DNA from: Cetorhinus maximus
Lineage: Eukaryota
Reading direction: 5' to 3'
Assembly: GCF_964194155.1 (NCBI RefSeq)
Contig: NC_135886.1
Span: forward strand, 107,694,001 to 107,758,000
DNA: 64,000 bases
The notes under the pieces were generated by a model, which was not told the origin of the DNA, made no database searches, and worked only from the letters and a program-made list of their open reading frames with translations. Of this stretch, positions 36,901-48,620 are shown piece after piece (positions within the stretch are counted from its first letter, which is position 1; each line of letters starts with the position of its first letter). Made by a program: the position numbers and the translations under genes.

Positions 36901-38937
36901 ATTGCTGATTTTGGGTAATGTTTGGATCAGTGTCGCCTGTGATGGTGGACAGTCTGCCAACGCTCAATTCCTCAGCTCATGAAGAATGGTCACTTGGAGG
37001 ACTGTGACACACTATGGGTGTGATTTTCCGATCCTGCCAGCAGCAGGCGTTGTTGGGGGTGGAACGGGAAAATTTGGAGAGTAGCCAAAAGTCAACTGAC
37101 TTCTGGCTGCTCTCCAAAATTTTCCCATCCCAACCACGACAATGCCCGCTATTGATGAGACCAGAAAAATCCCACCCTATGAAGCTGTCTCACAGCAAAA
37201 TTTAGCGCCTTCAGGAAAATTGAAGGAGAAAAAAATTGTGATTTTTATGGATGTTTGATAGAACAAGAAATAAAATATGTTTTTGCAAGTAGAAAACATA
37301 TTTACAGATTCATTTTGTCTTTGCAGGTACCACTCCTTCCCTTCCTACCTGTTGTCAGTATGTTTGTAAATGTTTACCTGATGGTGATGCTGGATTTGAG
37401 CACCTGGGCCCGCTTTGGAATTTGGATGCTTATAGGTAAATACACTTCTACAATTTTGAGCCCAAAAATAACACTGTGATAAATGTACAGTTAACACCCC
37501 AGTCAAAACAGTGGATAAACATAAGTAAAAGTACAGAACAAAAATCCCATCTCCTGCTACAGACCACACACAAATTAGTCCAGTCTTGGATATCATGCCC
37601 CATAGTACCTCTTGCAGAAACATTTTGTATAAATCCCCAAGGTTACCTAGCAGGGCTCTACATCACCCATCCATACTCACATCTCTACTCTTCAACCTTG
37701 AGCTGCACCCATTGCACGCCATATTCCTCCCAATTCACTGTCAACAACGTAGAAATCATTGTGGACTATTTGACCTCCCCTGAAGATCAGGAATCATATT
37801 CTGCTTCAGTCTTTTCCAAGCTCAATTCTACAAATGTTTTCTCATAGTTTAAGAGTCCAAAGACGAGGAACCTTCTTTAATGAATCAATGTTCTTCTACT
37901 TAAAATTGTGCACATTTCAAAATAGTTGTCTGTACAAGGTTGAATAACTTGCAGTCAAATGGCCTTAAGATGCACACTAATTTTTGACTAACTCTGTTGA
38001 GAATAGCTTTGCATTTCAGTGATGATCAGCAATCACATCCAAATTCTTGTTTTTTGATCTTGACTAATAAAAACAAAAGGCTTTCATTATAAAATATTCT
38101 CCCACAGAAACAGCAAATTAAGTGCAGAGGCTGGAGGTGCAGATCAGGAATAGGGAGGGGATGCCAGGAGCACTGGTGCTCAATCGTGATTCCATACATA
38201 AGTAATATTTTCCAATTTCTCTGGACTCCATAGACTTCCACCATGATTGTGGCATCAGAATTGGCCCCACATGGACCAGATAAATGTAAAGTAGTCAACT
38301 GCTTTCCAGCGATGGGTGGCACCCTGTGCCTGATCTTAGTTGGGTTATGATGGTGAAGGGTGGAAAAATGACACAACTCGTGTCATCTTAACCCCCACCC
38401 CGCCATGAGCATTCCTGTTGGGAATGGAAGTTTAAAATTTACCTCTTGGTGTCCAGTGTATCTATTTCCTCTTACTGTAAGGTGTTCCAGGATGATTATT
38501 GGTATATCAGGAGCACTATATAAATACAAGATTTTGGTAACACCCTGAGGTTATTGTAAGGTGGTTGGTGTAGTTTCTCTGTAGATTGATAATTATTTGT
38601 CTTTTTTAACATTTACAAAGATTTGCATGTGGCACATGTGCTCTAAAACCTTTTTGATGTTTTATGAAATATTTGATATTTCCCTATTAATATAAAGTAT
38701 TTTGAGACCTCTTCCTCTGGGGGTGGTTCTATAAAAATGTTACTGTGAAGTTACATTTGTCTTTTAATTTCTCTAGGTTTTGTCATCTATTTTGGTTATG
38801 GAATCAGGAACAGCTCCGAGAACCAGAGATCCTCTTTCACTCCTGTGGGTTTGGGAAGCCAAGAGAAAATTGATAAAATGCTTGACTGCAACACTCCACT
38901 TTCTATGGAAAAAATGAAGGAAACATCAACAGCATGA
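24557..38937 (+). CDS. SLC7A3: Cationic amino acid transporter 3 (CAT-3); 11 coding exons, 1929 nt, 642 aa
   Basis: Exons joined by hand: 370+159+163+125+223+140+103+209+167+109+161 nt, all GT-AG with matching phases and no internal stop. APC/CAT motifs: [65 protein letters not shown] and [10 protein letters not shown] resemble CAT-3 more than CAT-1 or CAT-2. Confidence 0.9.
25590..26312 (+). mobile_element. CR1/L2-group LINE 3' end (SLC7A3 intron)
   Basis: [49 protein letters not shown]; A-rich tail. Confidence 0.85.
26441..26944. mobile_element. Harbinger-type MITE
   Basis: TIR GGGGTGGATTATAC / GTAAAATCCAGCCC. Confidence 0.65.
27488..27646 (+). CDS. SLC7A3: SLC7A3 coding exon 2
   Basis: ttctcag|GC; [17 protein letters not shown]...[17 protein letters not shown]|gtaagc. 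Confidence 0.95.
29191..29353 (+). CDS. SLC7A3: SLC7A3 coding exon 3
   Basis: tttaaag|CT; [17 protein letters not shown]...[22 protein letters not shown]|gtgtgt. Confidence 0.93.
30459..30583 (+). CDS. SLC7A3: SLC7A3 coding exon 4
   Basis: tctcag|T; [17 protein letters not shown]...[14 protein letters not shown]|gtaagg. Confidence 0.93.
31428..32121. mobile_element. Harbinger-type MITE inserted in a LINE fragment
   Basis: Ends GGGCCAGGATCTT / ATAATTCTTCCC; CpG-rich; internal palindromes (catgtccc..gggacatg). Confidence 0.65.
32225..32445 (-). repeat. Old tRNA-headed SINE family; diverged copies about 12550-12720, 18975-19180, 29600-29770, 36740-37010, 44030-44260, 47830-48130
   Basis: On -: B-box-like ggtcccaggttcaat followed by ctgtgttga..tgatctcagc and cagcc.gggtt.cctgct, shared among the copies; family name not determined. 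Confidence 0.5.
32622..32844 (+). CDS. SLC7A3: SLC7A3 coding exon 5
   Basis: tttcag|GA; [15 protein letters not shown]...[13 protein letters not shown]|gtattt. Confidence 0.95.
33592..33731 (+). CDS. SLC7A3: SLC7A3 coding exon 6
   Basis: atccag|C; [25 protein letters not shown]...[14 protein letters not shown]|gtgagt. Confidence 0.95.
33812..34255 (-). mobile_element. CR1 3' fragment
   Basis: CR1 3'UTR pattern catggaatgatagaag..gaaggaggccatttggcc; LFSLE-RRLRG-like coding on -. Confidence 0.7.
34567..34669 (+). CDS. SLC7A3: SLC7A3 coding exon 7
   Basis: aaccag|CT; [35 protein letters not shown]|gtgagc. Confidence 0.95.
35067..35275 (+). CDS. SLC7A3: SLC7A3 coding exon 8
   Basis: ctgcag|A; [14 protein letters not shown]...[17 protein letters not shown]|gtaagt. 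Confidence 0.9.
36099..36265 (+). CDS. SLC7A3: SLC7A3 coding exon 9
   Basis: ttctag|CG; [12 protein letters not shown]...[15 protein letters not shown]|gtaaat. Confidence 0.92.
37016..37177. mobile_element. 162-bp palindromic Harbinger-type MITE with 3-bp TSD TAT
   Basis: TAT|GGGTGTGATTTTCC...GAAAAATCCCACCC|TAT; central hairpin ttggagagtagcc..ggctgctctccaa. Confidence 0.8.
37327..37435 (+). CDS. SLC7A3: SLC7A3 coding exon 10
   Basis: ttgcag|[37 protein letters not shown]|gtaaat. Confidence 0.95.
38777..38937 (+). CDS. SLC7A3: SLC7A3 last coding exon
   Basis: ctctag|GT; [14 protein letters not shown]...[11 protein letters not shown]. Confidence 0.93.
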
Positions 38938-39471
38938 AAGCAAAAAGATTGAAAGGAGAGATCCCTATTCCCATTGCTGAAGTGTGCATTTCCTTACTAG
39001 CTGTATTCATTAATGCTTGTTTTTTTTACTTCTATGGGAGTGAGCAAGGCTGTTATCAATCAGGCTGCACAAACAAAATTACATTCAGTCCAGCACTGAT
39101 TAACTGGTACAAAGCTGTACTTGGGGTTAGGGTTTCCTGCTTGGAATGCTGGCCGGGGATTGCCAGTACATTTTTCTTTCAATTTTTATAAAGATACTCT
39201 ATTAAAAAGTAACATTGGCTTGTTTACAGCTTGTTCTATAATCATTGTACTGTATGTACAAGATAACGCACAGTTTGCATTGTGTTAAAGGCAGTAGCAG
39301 AATGTAAAAAGTTGAGATGACATCTTTTGCCCTTTTATATTCCTGTGTTTCCCACTTAAACATAACTGAGGTGGCGTGCAGCCCTCCCAAGTGAGAAATC
39401 ACTAGATGATTTTTATTCCCAGGGACAAGGCACCAGTGATGAAAATAGTAATTGACTTCCATCGATACTGC

Positions 39472-40658
39472 TTTTTTTTTAATTCATTCATGGGATGTGG
39501 GCTTCACTGGTTGAGCCAGCATTTATTGTCCAGCCCTCGTTGCCCTTCAGAAGGTGGTACTAAGCTGCTGCCTTTAACCGCTGCAGTACATGTGGTGTAG
39601 GTACACCCAAAGTGCTGTTAGGAAGGGAGTTCCAGGATTTTGACCCAGCGACAGTGAAGGAATGGTGATATATTTCCAAGTCAGGATGGTGAATGCTTTG
39701 GAGGGGAACTTCCAGGCCATGGTGTTCCCATCTGTCTGCTGCCCTTGTCCTTCTAGATGGGAGTGGTCATGGGTTTGGAAAGTGCTGCCTAAGGAGCCTT
39801 GGTGAATTCCTGCAGTGCATCTTGTAGATGGTACACACTGCTGCTACTGTGCATCGATGTCGGAGGGAGCGAATGTTTGTGAATGTGGTGCCAATCAAGC
39901 AGGCTGCTTTGCCCTGGATGGCGTCAAGCTTCTTGAGTGTTGTTGGAGCTGCACTCATTCAGGCAAGTGGGGAGTATTCCATCACTGACTCCTGACTTGT
40001 GCCTTGTAGATGGTGGTCAGGCTTTGGGGAGTCAGGAGGTGAGTTAATCGATGCAGGATTCCCAGCCTCTGACCTGCTCTTGTAGCCACAGTATTTATAT
40101 GGCTAGTCCAGTTTAGTTTCTGGTCAATGGTAACCCCCAGGATGTTGATAGGGGATTCAGTGATGGTAATACCATTGAACGCCATGGGGCAATGGTTAGA
40201 CTCTCTCTTGTTGGAGATGGTCGTTGCCTGGCTCTTGTGTGGCGTGAATGTTACTTGCCAGTTGTCAGCCCAAGCCTGGATTATGTCCAGGTCTTGCTGC
40301 ATTTGGACATGGACTGCTTCAGTATCTGAGAAGTTGTGAATGGCGCTGAACATTGTGCAATCATCAGCGAACATCCCCACTTCTGACCTTATGATGGAAG
40401 GAAGGTCATTGATGAAGCAGCTGAAGATGGTTGGGCCAAGAACACTACCCTGAGGAGCACCTGCAGTGATGTCCTGGAGCTGAGATGACTGACCTCCAAG
40501 CATCTTCCTTTGTGCTACAGCGGGGAGAGTTTTCCCCACTCATTCCCATTGACTCCAGTTTTGCTAGGGCTCCTTAATGCCATACTCGGTCAAATGCGGC
40601 CTTGATGCCATGGGCAGTCTATTCTTACCTCACCTCGGGAGATCAGCTCTTGTCCATG
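39472..40658 (-). mobile_element. Same CR1/L2-group LINE family, antisense within the putative SLC7A3 3'UTR; an older piece lies at about 30740-32185 (-)
   Basis: RT motifs GAPQGSVLGPTIFSCFINDL and MFADDCT (ORF 39982-40539). Confidence 0.88.
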
Positions 40659-40805
40659 AGGACATCAGGACCACCATTTTATTGTGACTAAGCTCTCATT
40701 CTGCCTACACAAATTGGATTTTAACATTACAAACCATCAAGGAGCTACCCCATTCTTTGAGAAAAGTTCAAGGCCTGACTGGGCAAGTTAACTATAACTG
40801 TACAT

Positions 40806-40807
<2 letters not shown>

Positions 40808-40839
<32 letters not shown>
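40808..40839. repeat. (TA)16 microsatellite in the putative SLC7A3 3'UTR
   Basis: Read directly from the sequence. Confidence 0.95.
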
Positions 40840-40841
<2 letters not shown>

Positions 40842-42433
40842 CAGTGGATGAAAAGATTGGAGTTTTGTGATGAAAATAGATTATTGAGATGAACAGTGTC
40901 ATCCCAACCCCCTTATTTGTTACTGCCTTGAATCACATGCCAGAACCTATTGCTCTTATTTGGTTTGTGATTCAGCTAGTATGGATATTACTATTCGGTT
41001 AAATCATTATTATAGAGGAATGTCACAGCTACTTTACAGTAATGTAAAATGTGGGTGTTTTTGTGAAACAAACTTGCTGCTTGATAAATATTCACTGCCA
41101 AGCATATATATTTATATGCAGTTGATATTCCCTCTGCCATGACTATGCTGTGCTGTAATAGTAGTTTGTAGTGTGGGAGAGGGATGATGAAAATGTCTTA
41201 TCAATTTGTTGCTGAACTCAGATCTTCGGCCTGCCCCACATGGCTGTGTCTTCTTTCCCAGTGAAGTTTTTGAATGCAGAGACACCAGCTTATATTTTTA
41301 TGTAAATGTTCTGGTATTTTATAGATGTAATATGTCACATTACAGCCAAAAGACTTAGGTTGGGGGGGTGGGGGTGGGGGTGGCGGAGGTGTGGTTGCAG
41401 TTGGTTTAGTTCAAGTGTCAAGTCTAAGGCTGGGGGTTAAGAAAGAATGTGATGCCAGAATGTGAAACTGCGATTGCAACTCTGTTATAGAATCCGCCCA
41501 AGTTACTTTTCCTGTTAAATCAATGGAAATAAAAATTAGGGATTTTCATAATGAACAACTAATCAGTTGTGCAAATTTTATGCCTGGACAGCAAACTGAA
41601 AATATACCCCAATGTATCCATGAAACTCCAAACAGTGAAGAGATGATAAGTTATAACTGTTGTTAAAAATATATATTTTAAACAGAATATTTTGAACTAA
41701 ACGAGCAAATGGGTGAAATAGTTTTCATTTTGGCCGAATTAACATAATAATGTACCTGTATTGGGAAAGGGGCTGTATTTAATTCAATGTACATGCAGGA
41801 CAATTTTATAAAGGATTCGCCGTGACGTTATCCCGTGTCCTTCATTTTGAAAATAGCTTTTCATTTGTCACAGTCCAAGTGATTTCATCCAGAGGATGTT
41901 TACTCTGAAGTAATGATACTTGATTAGAGTTGCTTTCAATGTGTATCATTATTTAAACATTCCAATGTATTTTTTAAATGACAGAGAACACAAGCCGATT
42001 TGAAAAGTTAACATTGTTAACCGTGAATGACAGCAGGTATTACATTTCTTATTCCTTCACTAAAGCGGATGTGCTGATTAAAAAGGAAGGAAAGAAAGAA
42101 AGGAAGGTGATGGTATTTGTAAATGTACATTGTGACCAAAGAAAGGAAAATATTATCAAATGACAATTTTGTTTCTTTGGAATGTTTTATGTATCAAGAT
42201 ATGTCTTCCATAATAGGCTGTTCACTTAATGATTTCTTTCGTGAATTTCTCATATAAAATTTAAACAGCCGTAGATTATGTTTTATTGTTAACTTGAGGG
42301 AATGTTTTCTTTAAATGGAAGAAAATGACTGTAAATATTTCATGCTATTGTTTGTTATTTTATGTTTGTGTATATAACTATATATATTGTCATTGTGCTT
42401 AACTTGTACAGTGTTTTTGCAGTGTCCTTTATC

Positions 42434-42439
42434 AATAAA
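42434..42439 (+). terminator. Probable SLC7A3 polyadenylation signal
   Basis: AATAAA ending a long AU-rich, repeat-poor stretch with UGUA motifs upstream and a U-rich tract downstream; implies a 3'UTR of about 3.5 kb. Confidence 0.6.
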
Positions 42440-44477
42440 AATAGAAATACATTGTTTTTTTTAATCTATGAATTTGTTTATAAAACCAACCCATTTGTGC
42501 ATTCTGCTTAATTTTCAAAAATGATTGCTATTGTAATGCACGTGGTGTTGGTCACTGTCCAGTGAAGCACCAACAATGTGCCATTACTCCAGTAACACTT
42601 GTAAAGAAGACTAGCAGCCAGGCTTCATCTATTATACAAACCAATCTCATCCAATAATAATGTTTTGGGTTATTCCGGTCCTAGCACCAACAGGTAGGTT
42701 TTCTTTACAATAGGACAATAATACAAGCTCAATGGGCTCTGTAAAACATGGAAGTTTGTCAAGTCACAAACCATGTTTGAAATTTCTTTACACTGGTCCT
42801 TACCTTTTCTAGCACAGTACTTTTTTGGGAGAAAAAACAAACTTCTTGGCTACAGTTCCATGTGGTCACCCATTTTTAATGTACAAATGTAGCAATCTGT
42901 TTCAGCAGGATAATTGTTTAGAGTACACCCCACTGACACCTACCTTGTCCTCATCAGTCAATTATACATGCACACTATAGCAAAAAGAGGTACAAGCAGG
43001 ATTGTGAAGGAGTACCCCCCCACTTGCCTAGATTAATACAGCTGCAACATAGCAACTTGGACTTATATATGTCTTTCATGTAGTAGAAAATCCCAAAGTG
43101 CTTCACAGGAGCAGTATAAAACATAATTTGGCACTGAGCCACATAGGAGATATTACACCAGATGATCAAAAGCTTGCTCAAAGAGTTGGGTTTTAAGGAG
43201 CAACTTAAAGTTGGGATGGGAAGCAGAGAGCTTTAGGAGGGAATTCCAGAGTTGGCAGCTGAAAGTATAGCCATCAGTGGTGTGAACAAAACTAGGGATG
43301 TGCAGGACACCAGAATTGGAGGAGTGAAGGTATCTAAGAGGGTTATATGGCTGGAGGAGATGACAGAGCACAATCCTGACACTATCATTCAGGACAAAGC
43401 AGTCCACTTGATCAGTATATCAGCCTGAATGATGACCCCCTTCACCACCAGCACACCATGGCTGGCTTGTGCACACCTACAGGGTATGAACCAGGGTTTC
43501 TTTGGCATCACCTTACAAACATGCAAACTCCACCACTTAGAAAGGCAGGGTTGTGGATGTATGGGAATATTACTAGAAGTGACAAGCTTTCTGTTTTGCA
43601 TTCATCAGGACAGTTCGCAAAATTCCAATAGTAAAGGGAACACCAATTTATACTGCATGAGAAGAGAGTGCTGATTGGTTAGCAAGTGGACTCTGATTCC
43701 ACGGTGTTGCCATGGAATTGAAAGCTAGTCTCAGTAATGCTTGCCATAAAAACCTACCTGGTTCACTAATGCCCTTCAGGGAAGGAAATCTGCCATCCCT
43801 GCCTAGTCTGGCCTACGTGTGACTCCAAACCCACAGCAATGTGGTTGGCTCTTAACTACCTAGTGTTCTCTGAAATGGCATAGCAAGCCAGTCATTTCAA
43901 AGACAGTTAGGGGTGAGCAACAAATGCTAGCCTTGCCAGTGATGCCCACATCATGTGAAAGGATTAAAAAAAGTAAGGATACACACATCAGTTTCCCTGA
44001 TTAGGAGAAGCTGTATTAAACTGGATGGGTTTGATTTTAGTCTGTGCTGAGTTATCTGATCTGGAATAGGACAGCCTTTGGTATGCTGCATTTGGACTTT
44101 AACACACCTGGGTTGTAGAGAGGAAAGATCAATGAGTGCTCTCTTTCTCCTGACTATTACCCAGTGATGATGCCTGCTAGAAGGTGTACACACATAGATG
44201 TTGCAAAGATAGCATTGGTCTCGGCTTTGATACCAAGTTGAACAATCCATCAGAACACACTGTCTGAATTTATAACATGGCGGATTAGGTGCACAGGGTA
44301 TCAAGCAACCATAGAATCATATTTTAGTATGTGCCAGCAATCTTTAGAAGTAAAAACTGAAGGACAATGAAACTGCTGGAATACAATGAGATGGCAATGG
44401 AGGATCTTTCTAGCAAGGAAGTGGAAATAATACCCATATTCAACTTCATGTAGACAACACAAGAAACTAGAAATATA

Positions 44478-44547
44478 TTTATTGAAATTCAGGTAATATA
44501 CCCTCACTTCATAGTTGTTCAAGCTGAACAGAAACAGGTCTTTTATT
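44478..44547 (-). terminator. Candidate SNRNP35 polyA signals (two AATAAA on -)
   Basis: TTTATT on + at 44478-44483 and 44542-44547, about 700 nt past the stop codon. Confidence 0.5.
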
Positions 44548-45227
44548 CAAATTTAGCAGTGTACAATACCGTAAAATCTAGGACTGTAAAACAAAATCAG
44601 CATTTTAAGTGATTACAAGAGCCAGTTATTTGCAGCTTCAATAAGAATTGCATGAATAAGTGGGAAAAAGTTATCAACTTCCACACAATGATTTACTGGA
44701 TAAATATACAATCTAGTACTGAGCGACATGAACAACGAAGGTCTCTGGTTCCTGTTTGATAGGTGCCGTCATGGTTACCTGTAACAATTGGCTTGTTACA
44801 ATTAACTTCACTTCTCTTGAGCTACTGGGTTGGGTGGAGGAGAGGGGAGCTGTTGGACATAGTTCCTGCTGTGTGGTTGCTAAGCAAGGATAGACCATCC
44901 TTCCCACTCTCTCAGGTCCTTCAAGAGTGGACAGTTAAGAGAGATCCTAGAGGGTGACTGGCACCCTAGCGCCGAGGAGATGAGGGCAGAAAACTGAAGG
45001 AAATTAATATCACATTTTTGATTTTAAACACAGAACTTTAATAGAACTGACACAACCTTCCCTCTCCAATAACTTATAGCAGTTTATGAGCAAGTTGTGA
45101 ACATTATCTCATGCACCGTAGATATTTCTTTTGTGCCATAAAAATAATAGATGACTGTGGTGAAATAGGGCCTGACAAGGTATCTTTACTTTCATTTCCC
45201 AAGGAAGGTAAACCTCTCATACAGCTT

Positions 45228-46013
45228 CTATCTTCGGGTTTTATGCCTGTTCCTGCGTTGGTGTCTATCTTCCTCTTTATATCGATCTTCATCTCTTTGT
45301 CGTTTATGATCTCTTTCCCTGCTTCTGTATCGCTCTCTATCTCGTTCGCGCTTTTCTCTTTCCTTGCCTCTCTCCTCTCTTTCTCTTCGCCTTTCCCAGT
45401 CTCGGCCTCTCTCCCACTGCCAGCTATCCCTTGATAGCTCTCTGGAACTTGATCTATCCAGTTTGTCTGCTTGCCCCTCTGTGTACAGTTCTGCTTTCAG
45501 TGCTGGAAGACTGATAGGTTTCCTGAATGGACGATCTCGCCCACCAAACCGTAGCTGGCCCGATTCCTTTTTACCACCTAATCCCCCTCCAAGTCTCCGT
45601 GGGACCCATCCTTTCAAAGTGCGCTCCAATTCAAAATCCACAAATATTTCATTCTGGTCCACCACTAATTTATTGCTATCCCGATGTGCCTTCAATAATG
45701 AGCGCTCATCCTTGTATTCGATGAAGCCATAGCATTTGGAAAAGCCAGTGACAATGTCACGCACGAGCCTCAGTCTGCGAATGTCCCCAAATCTGGAAAA
45801 AGTGTCTTTTAGCTTCTCTTCGGACGTCTGAGGATTCAACCTAGCAACAAAGAGTGTCAGATGGGGGTCTCCTAACACTCCCTTGTTTGGTCTATACTTG
45901 GCTGCAATTGCCCTGGATACAGCTCGGTCATGTGGCTCCTCATCTGTGCCATCGATGCTTCCAGCTTTAAGTGGGTTGTACTGCTTCGCAATTGGAGTCC
46001 AAAGCTCATTCAT
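45228..46013 (-). CDS. SNRNP35: U11/U12 snRNP 35 kDa protein (RRM plus R/E/D-rich tail), single coding exon, 261 aa
   Basis: MNELWTPIAKQYNPLKAGSIDGTDEEPHDRAV...GDPHLTLFVARL...RLVRDIVTGFSKCYGFIEY...ELERTLKGWVPRRLGGGLGGKKESGQLRFGGRDRPF; acceptor tgtttcag| lies 4 nt before the ATG (exon starts 46017). Confidence 0.96.
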   Translation of the reverse strand: MNELWTPIAKQYNPLKAGSIDGTDEEPHDRAVSRAIAAKYRPNKGVLGDPHLTLFVARLNPQTSEEKLKDTFSRFGDIRRLRLVRDIVTGFSKCYGFIEYKDERSLLKAHRDSNKLVVDQNEIFVDFELERTLKGWVPRRLGGGLGGKKESGQLRFGGRDRPFRKPISLPALKAELYTEGQADKLDRSSSRELSRDSWQWERGRDWERRREREERGKEREKRERDRERYRSRERDHKRQRDEDRYKEEDRHQRRNRHKTRR

Positions 46014-46911
46014 TGCCCTGAAACACAACAAAGTCTTGAATTAAACCACTAGAAGGCAGAATTTCTTTTATGTGCTTCCTTCACCACAAACTTAACACGA
46101 TTACTGATACCACATTCAATCCAACTCTCTACTCATGGTCTGGGTCCCAGAAATCTGGTCCAGACAAATGCAGCAAACAGCTGAATGCTGGGGCATTCAC
46201 AGGGTACTGTATTAACCCAGTAATCACATATCTGGATAATGAACCTGGCTCCAAGCACAGCTTAAATATCACAACTCAAGTCAATCTTTTTCTCACGTGA
46301 CTGACATGCTGGTCACTGCAGTAAACATTAAGCAGGAAACATGGCCATTTTTCACCTCCCTAACCCAAGGACAATGATCAATTGCAGCATCCAATCATTG
46401 GGCCATTTAAAATTGGACCAAAGATCAAACCTGAGATATCCTTGCCCTCGGCAGTTCAATTTACCACAGGCTGTTACCACAAGGTTGAAACTGTTGTTTA
46501 TCATTGGTTGCTATGGTCGGAGGGAGTGCGTTCACTGATTGTTTTGAGTTCACAATGTGTTGCATTTATTATTGGCTATGAGGTTGCAATGCTATGAGCT
46601 GTGTGAGGTAGCACATACTGCTACAATTTACACAGCTAAGTACAAGTGCAGAATTGCACTGGGAAACATATGACACAGACTGAACGATGGGGTCAGATAT
46701 TTAGCAAATTCATCATAATCCCCTAACCACTCAGTCTCAATATTTTTATCTTAATTTCCTATATCTTATTATATTTATTAACTTTATCCTTTGCTCTTCT
46801 TGTATTTGTGATTTCAAACTTACTTTCAGTCACTCAAGCTTCCATAGCTGAATCAGTCAATATTAATACCTGGCATTAGATGGCACTGCAGCTCAACTGA
46901 CAGCAGTCCGT

Positions 46912-47017
46912 ATGACCTCTGAAGAAGGGTCATACAGACTCGAAATGTCAGCTCTGTTTCTCTCTCCACAGATGCTGTCAGGTCTATTGAGTTTTTCCAG
47001 CATTTTCTGTTTTTGTC
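46912..47017 (+). mobile_element. Penelope-derived 3' fragment with a canonical-core hammerhead motif (in the putative SNRNP35 5'UTR intron, antisense)
   Basis: CTGAAGA(46919)-A-GGGTC-ATACA-GACTC-GAAA-TGTC followed by ctccacagatgctg..tgagtttttccagc, homologous to the Penelope tails. Confidence 0.7.
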
Positions 47018-47149
47018 CCAGGTTTGGAAGGAGCCTTGGTCAGTTGCTACAGTACATCTTGTAGATGGTACACACTACTGCCACTGTACCTCGACGGTGG
47101 AGGGAGTGAATGTTTAAGATGGGGTGGATGAGGTGCTAGCCACATGGTG

Positions 47150-47775
47150 ATACAGAGGAATATGGGTATCCTGGTATATGAATCACAAAGTTAGTGTGCA
47201 AGTGCAGCAAGTGATTAGGAAGGCAAATGAAATGTTGGCATTTATTGCAAGGAAAATGAAATATAAAAGTAGGTAAGTTTTACTGCAGCTGTATAAGATC
47301 TTGGGGGAGACCACATCTGGAGTACTGTGTACAGTTTTGGTCCCTTCATTTGAAAAATGATATAATTGCATTAGCAGTTCAGAGAAGGTTCACTCAACTC
47401 ATTCCTAGGATGAGGGGTTTATCTTATGAAGAAAGGTTGAACAAATTGGGCCTATACCCATTGGAGTTTAGAAGAATGAGGTGATTTCATGAAACATACA
47501 AGATCCTAAGGGGACTTGATAGGGTGGATACCAGTAGCATATTTCCTTTCATGTGGGTGACTAGAACTAGGGGACACAGTTTAACAATAAGGACAATCTG
47601 TTTAAGAATAATCTCCCTTTTAAGGCAGAGATGAGTTTTTTTTCTCTTGGAGTGTTGTTAGTCTGTGGAATTCTGTTCCCCAGAAAGCAGCGGAGGCTGG
47701 GTCACTGAATTTATTCAAGATTGAGTAAAATGGATTTTGCTCAAAGGGCCAAATGGCCTACTCCTGCTCACAAGT
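47150..47775 (+). mobile_element. CR1 fragment
   Basis: Homologous to 1-367 and 1608-1900 (caagtgattaggaaggcaaatg..accacatctggagtactg). Confidence 0.85.
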
Positions 47776-48479
47776 CCATCGCGTAAGGATGTTGCTTGTT
47801 AACTCCAGTTTTCTCCCCTTTCTACACTAGTATCATAGAGCTACAGACACATACAGGAGTCTGGTTCCACAGGCATGGAACATCCTATAATAGATGCTCT
47901 TCATATGTGAGCCTGGACAGTGAGTTCGCAGACTGTTCATACGTTGGAAGCATCACCTGATCATCTGAAATCTACATACATACACTTTCCAGCAGAAACC
48001 ACTGAAGTGATCAAGGATCCTGACTGATTTACCCTTCCCTCGACTCCGCCCCCCCACCCCCCGCCCCCCGAGACCGATTGTAAAGTCACTGCTCAGATCG
48101 GTGAGCTCAGCCCAGCCCAAGGATTGAACCAATATTACAATAAGTATATTTCTGCACTCGGGGCAGCGCATGAGTATAATGATCCCACCAGACTAAGCCC
48201 TGGAAGGGAACAGGAGGTCAGGCACGGTTCCTGCCCTGATCACTCGCCGCGGGGCCAAAGCCGAATGCTCGGGGAGAGGGGGGAAGCTGTGGGTGAATGG
48301 TTCCCCTTGTCCAAACTCGGACACCAGGGGGTGTGAAGCGGTGAAGGGCGAGCGGGATCCCAGCGGTAGGAAGAGGAAAAAATTCCACAATAAAACCCAA
48401 GCAATTGTCTCTCGGAACAAATGAAATGAATCAGAGAGAGGCCGACCTGCCGTGCGCCACCACGTTAATAAATTATCGC

Positions 48480-48620
48480 TTCGTAAATCCAGAGCCGGTA
48501 CCTCTGAACACAGGTCATTTCCGCTCCTTCCAGTTTTATGCTCCGGCTTGCTCAACTTCCGGGCGACCGCAGATAAGGGTTCCGAGTTTTTGTTCCGTTT
48601 ATCTCGGCCTGGGCTCTGGA
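48480..48620 (-). promoter_or_regulatory. Probable SNRNP35 promoter and short non-coding exon 1 (donor GAG|gtaccg at 48501)
   Basis: CpG-rich patch with ETS-type CCGGAAGT on - (ACTTCCGG near 48556) and GCGGAAAT, upstream of the 5'UTR acceptor. Confidence 0.55.

Noticed and set aside
45111-45732. Plus-strand ORFs of 107 and 122 aa
   Set aside because: Antisense shadows of the low-complexity SNRNP35 coding sequence
46014-46031. N-terminal extension MLCFRA of the ORF-track SNRNP35 protein
   Set aside because: It runs through the splice acceptor; the first ATG matching the conserved N-terminus is at 46013
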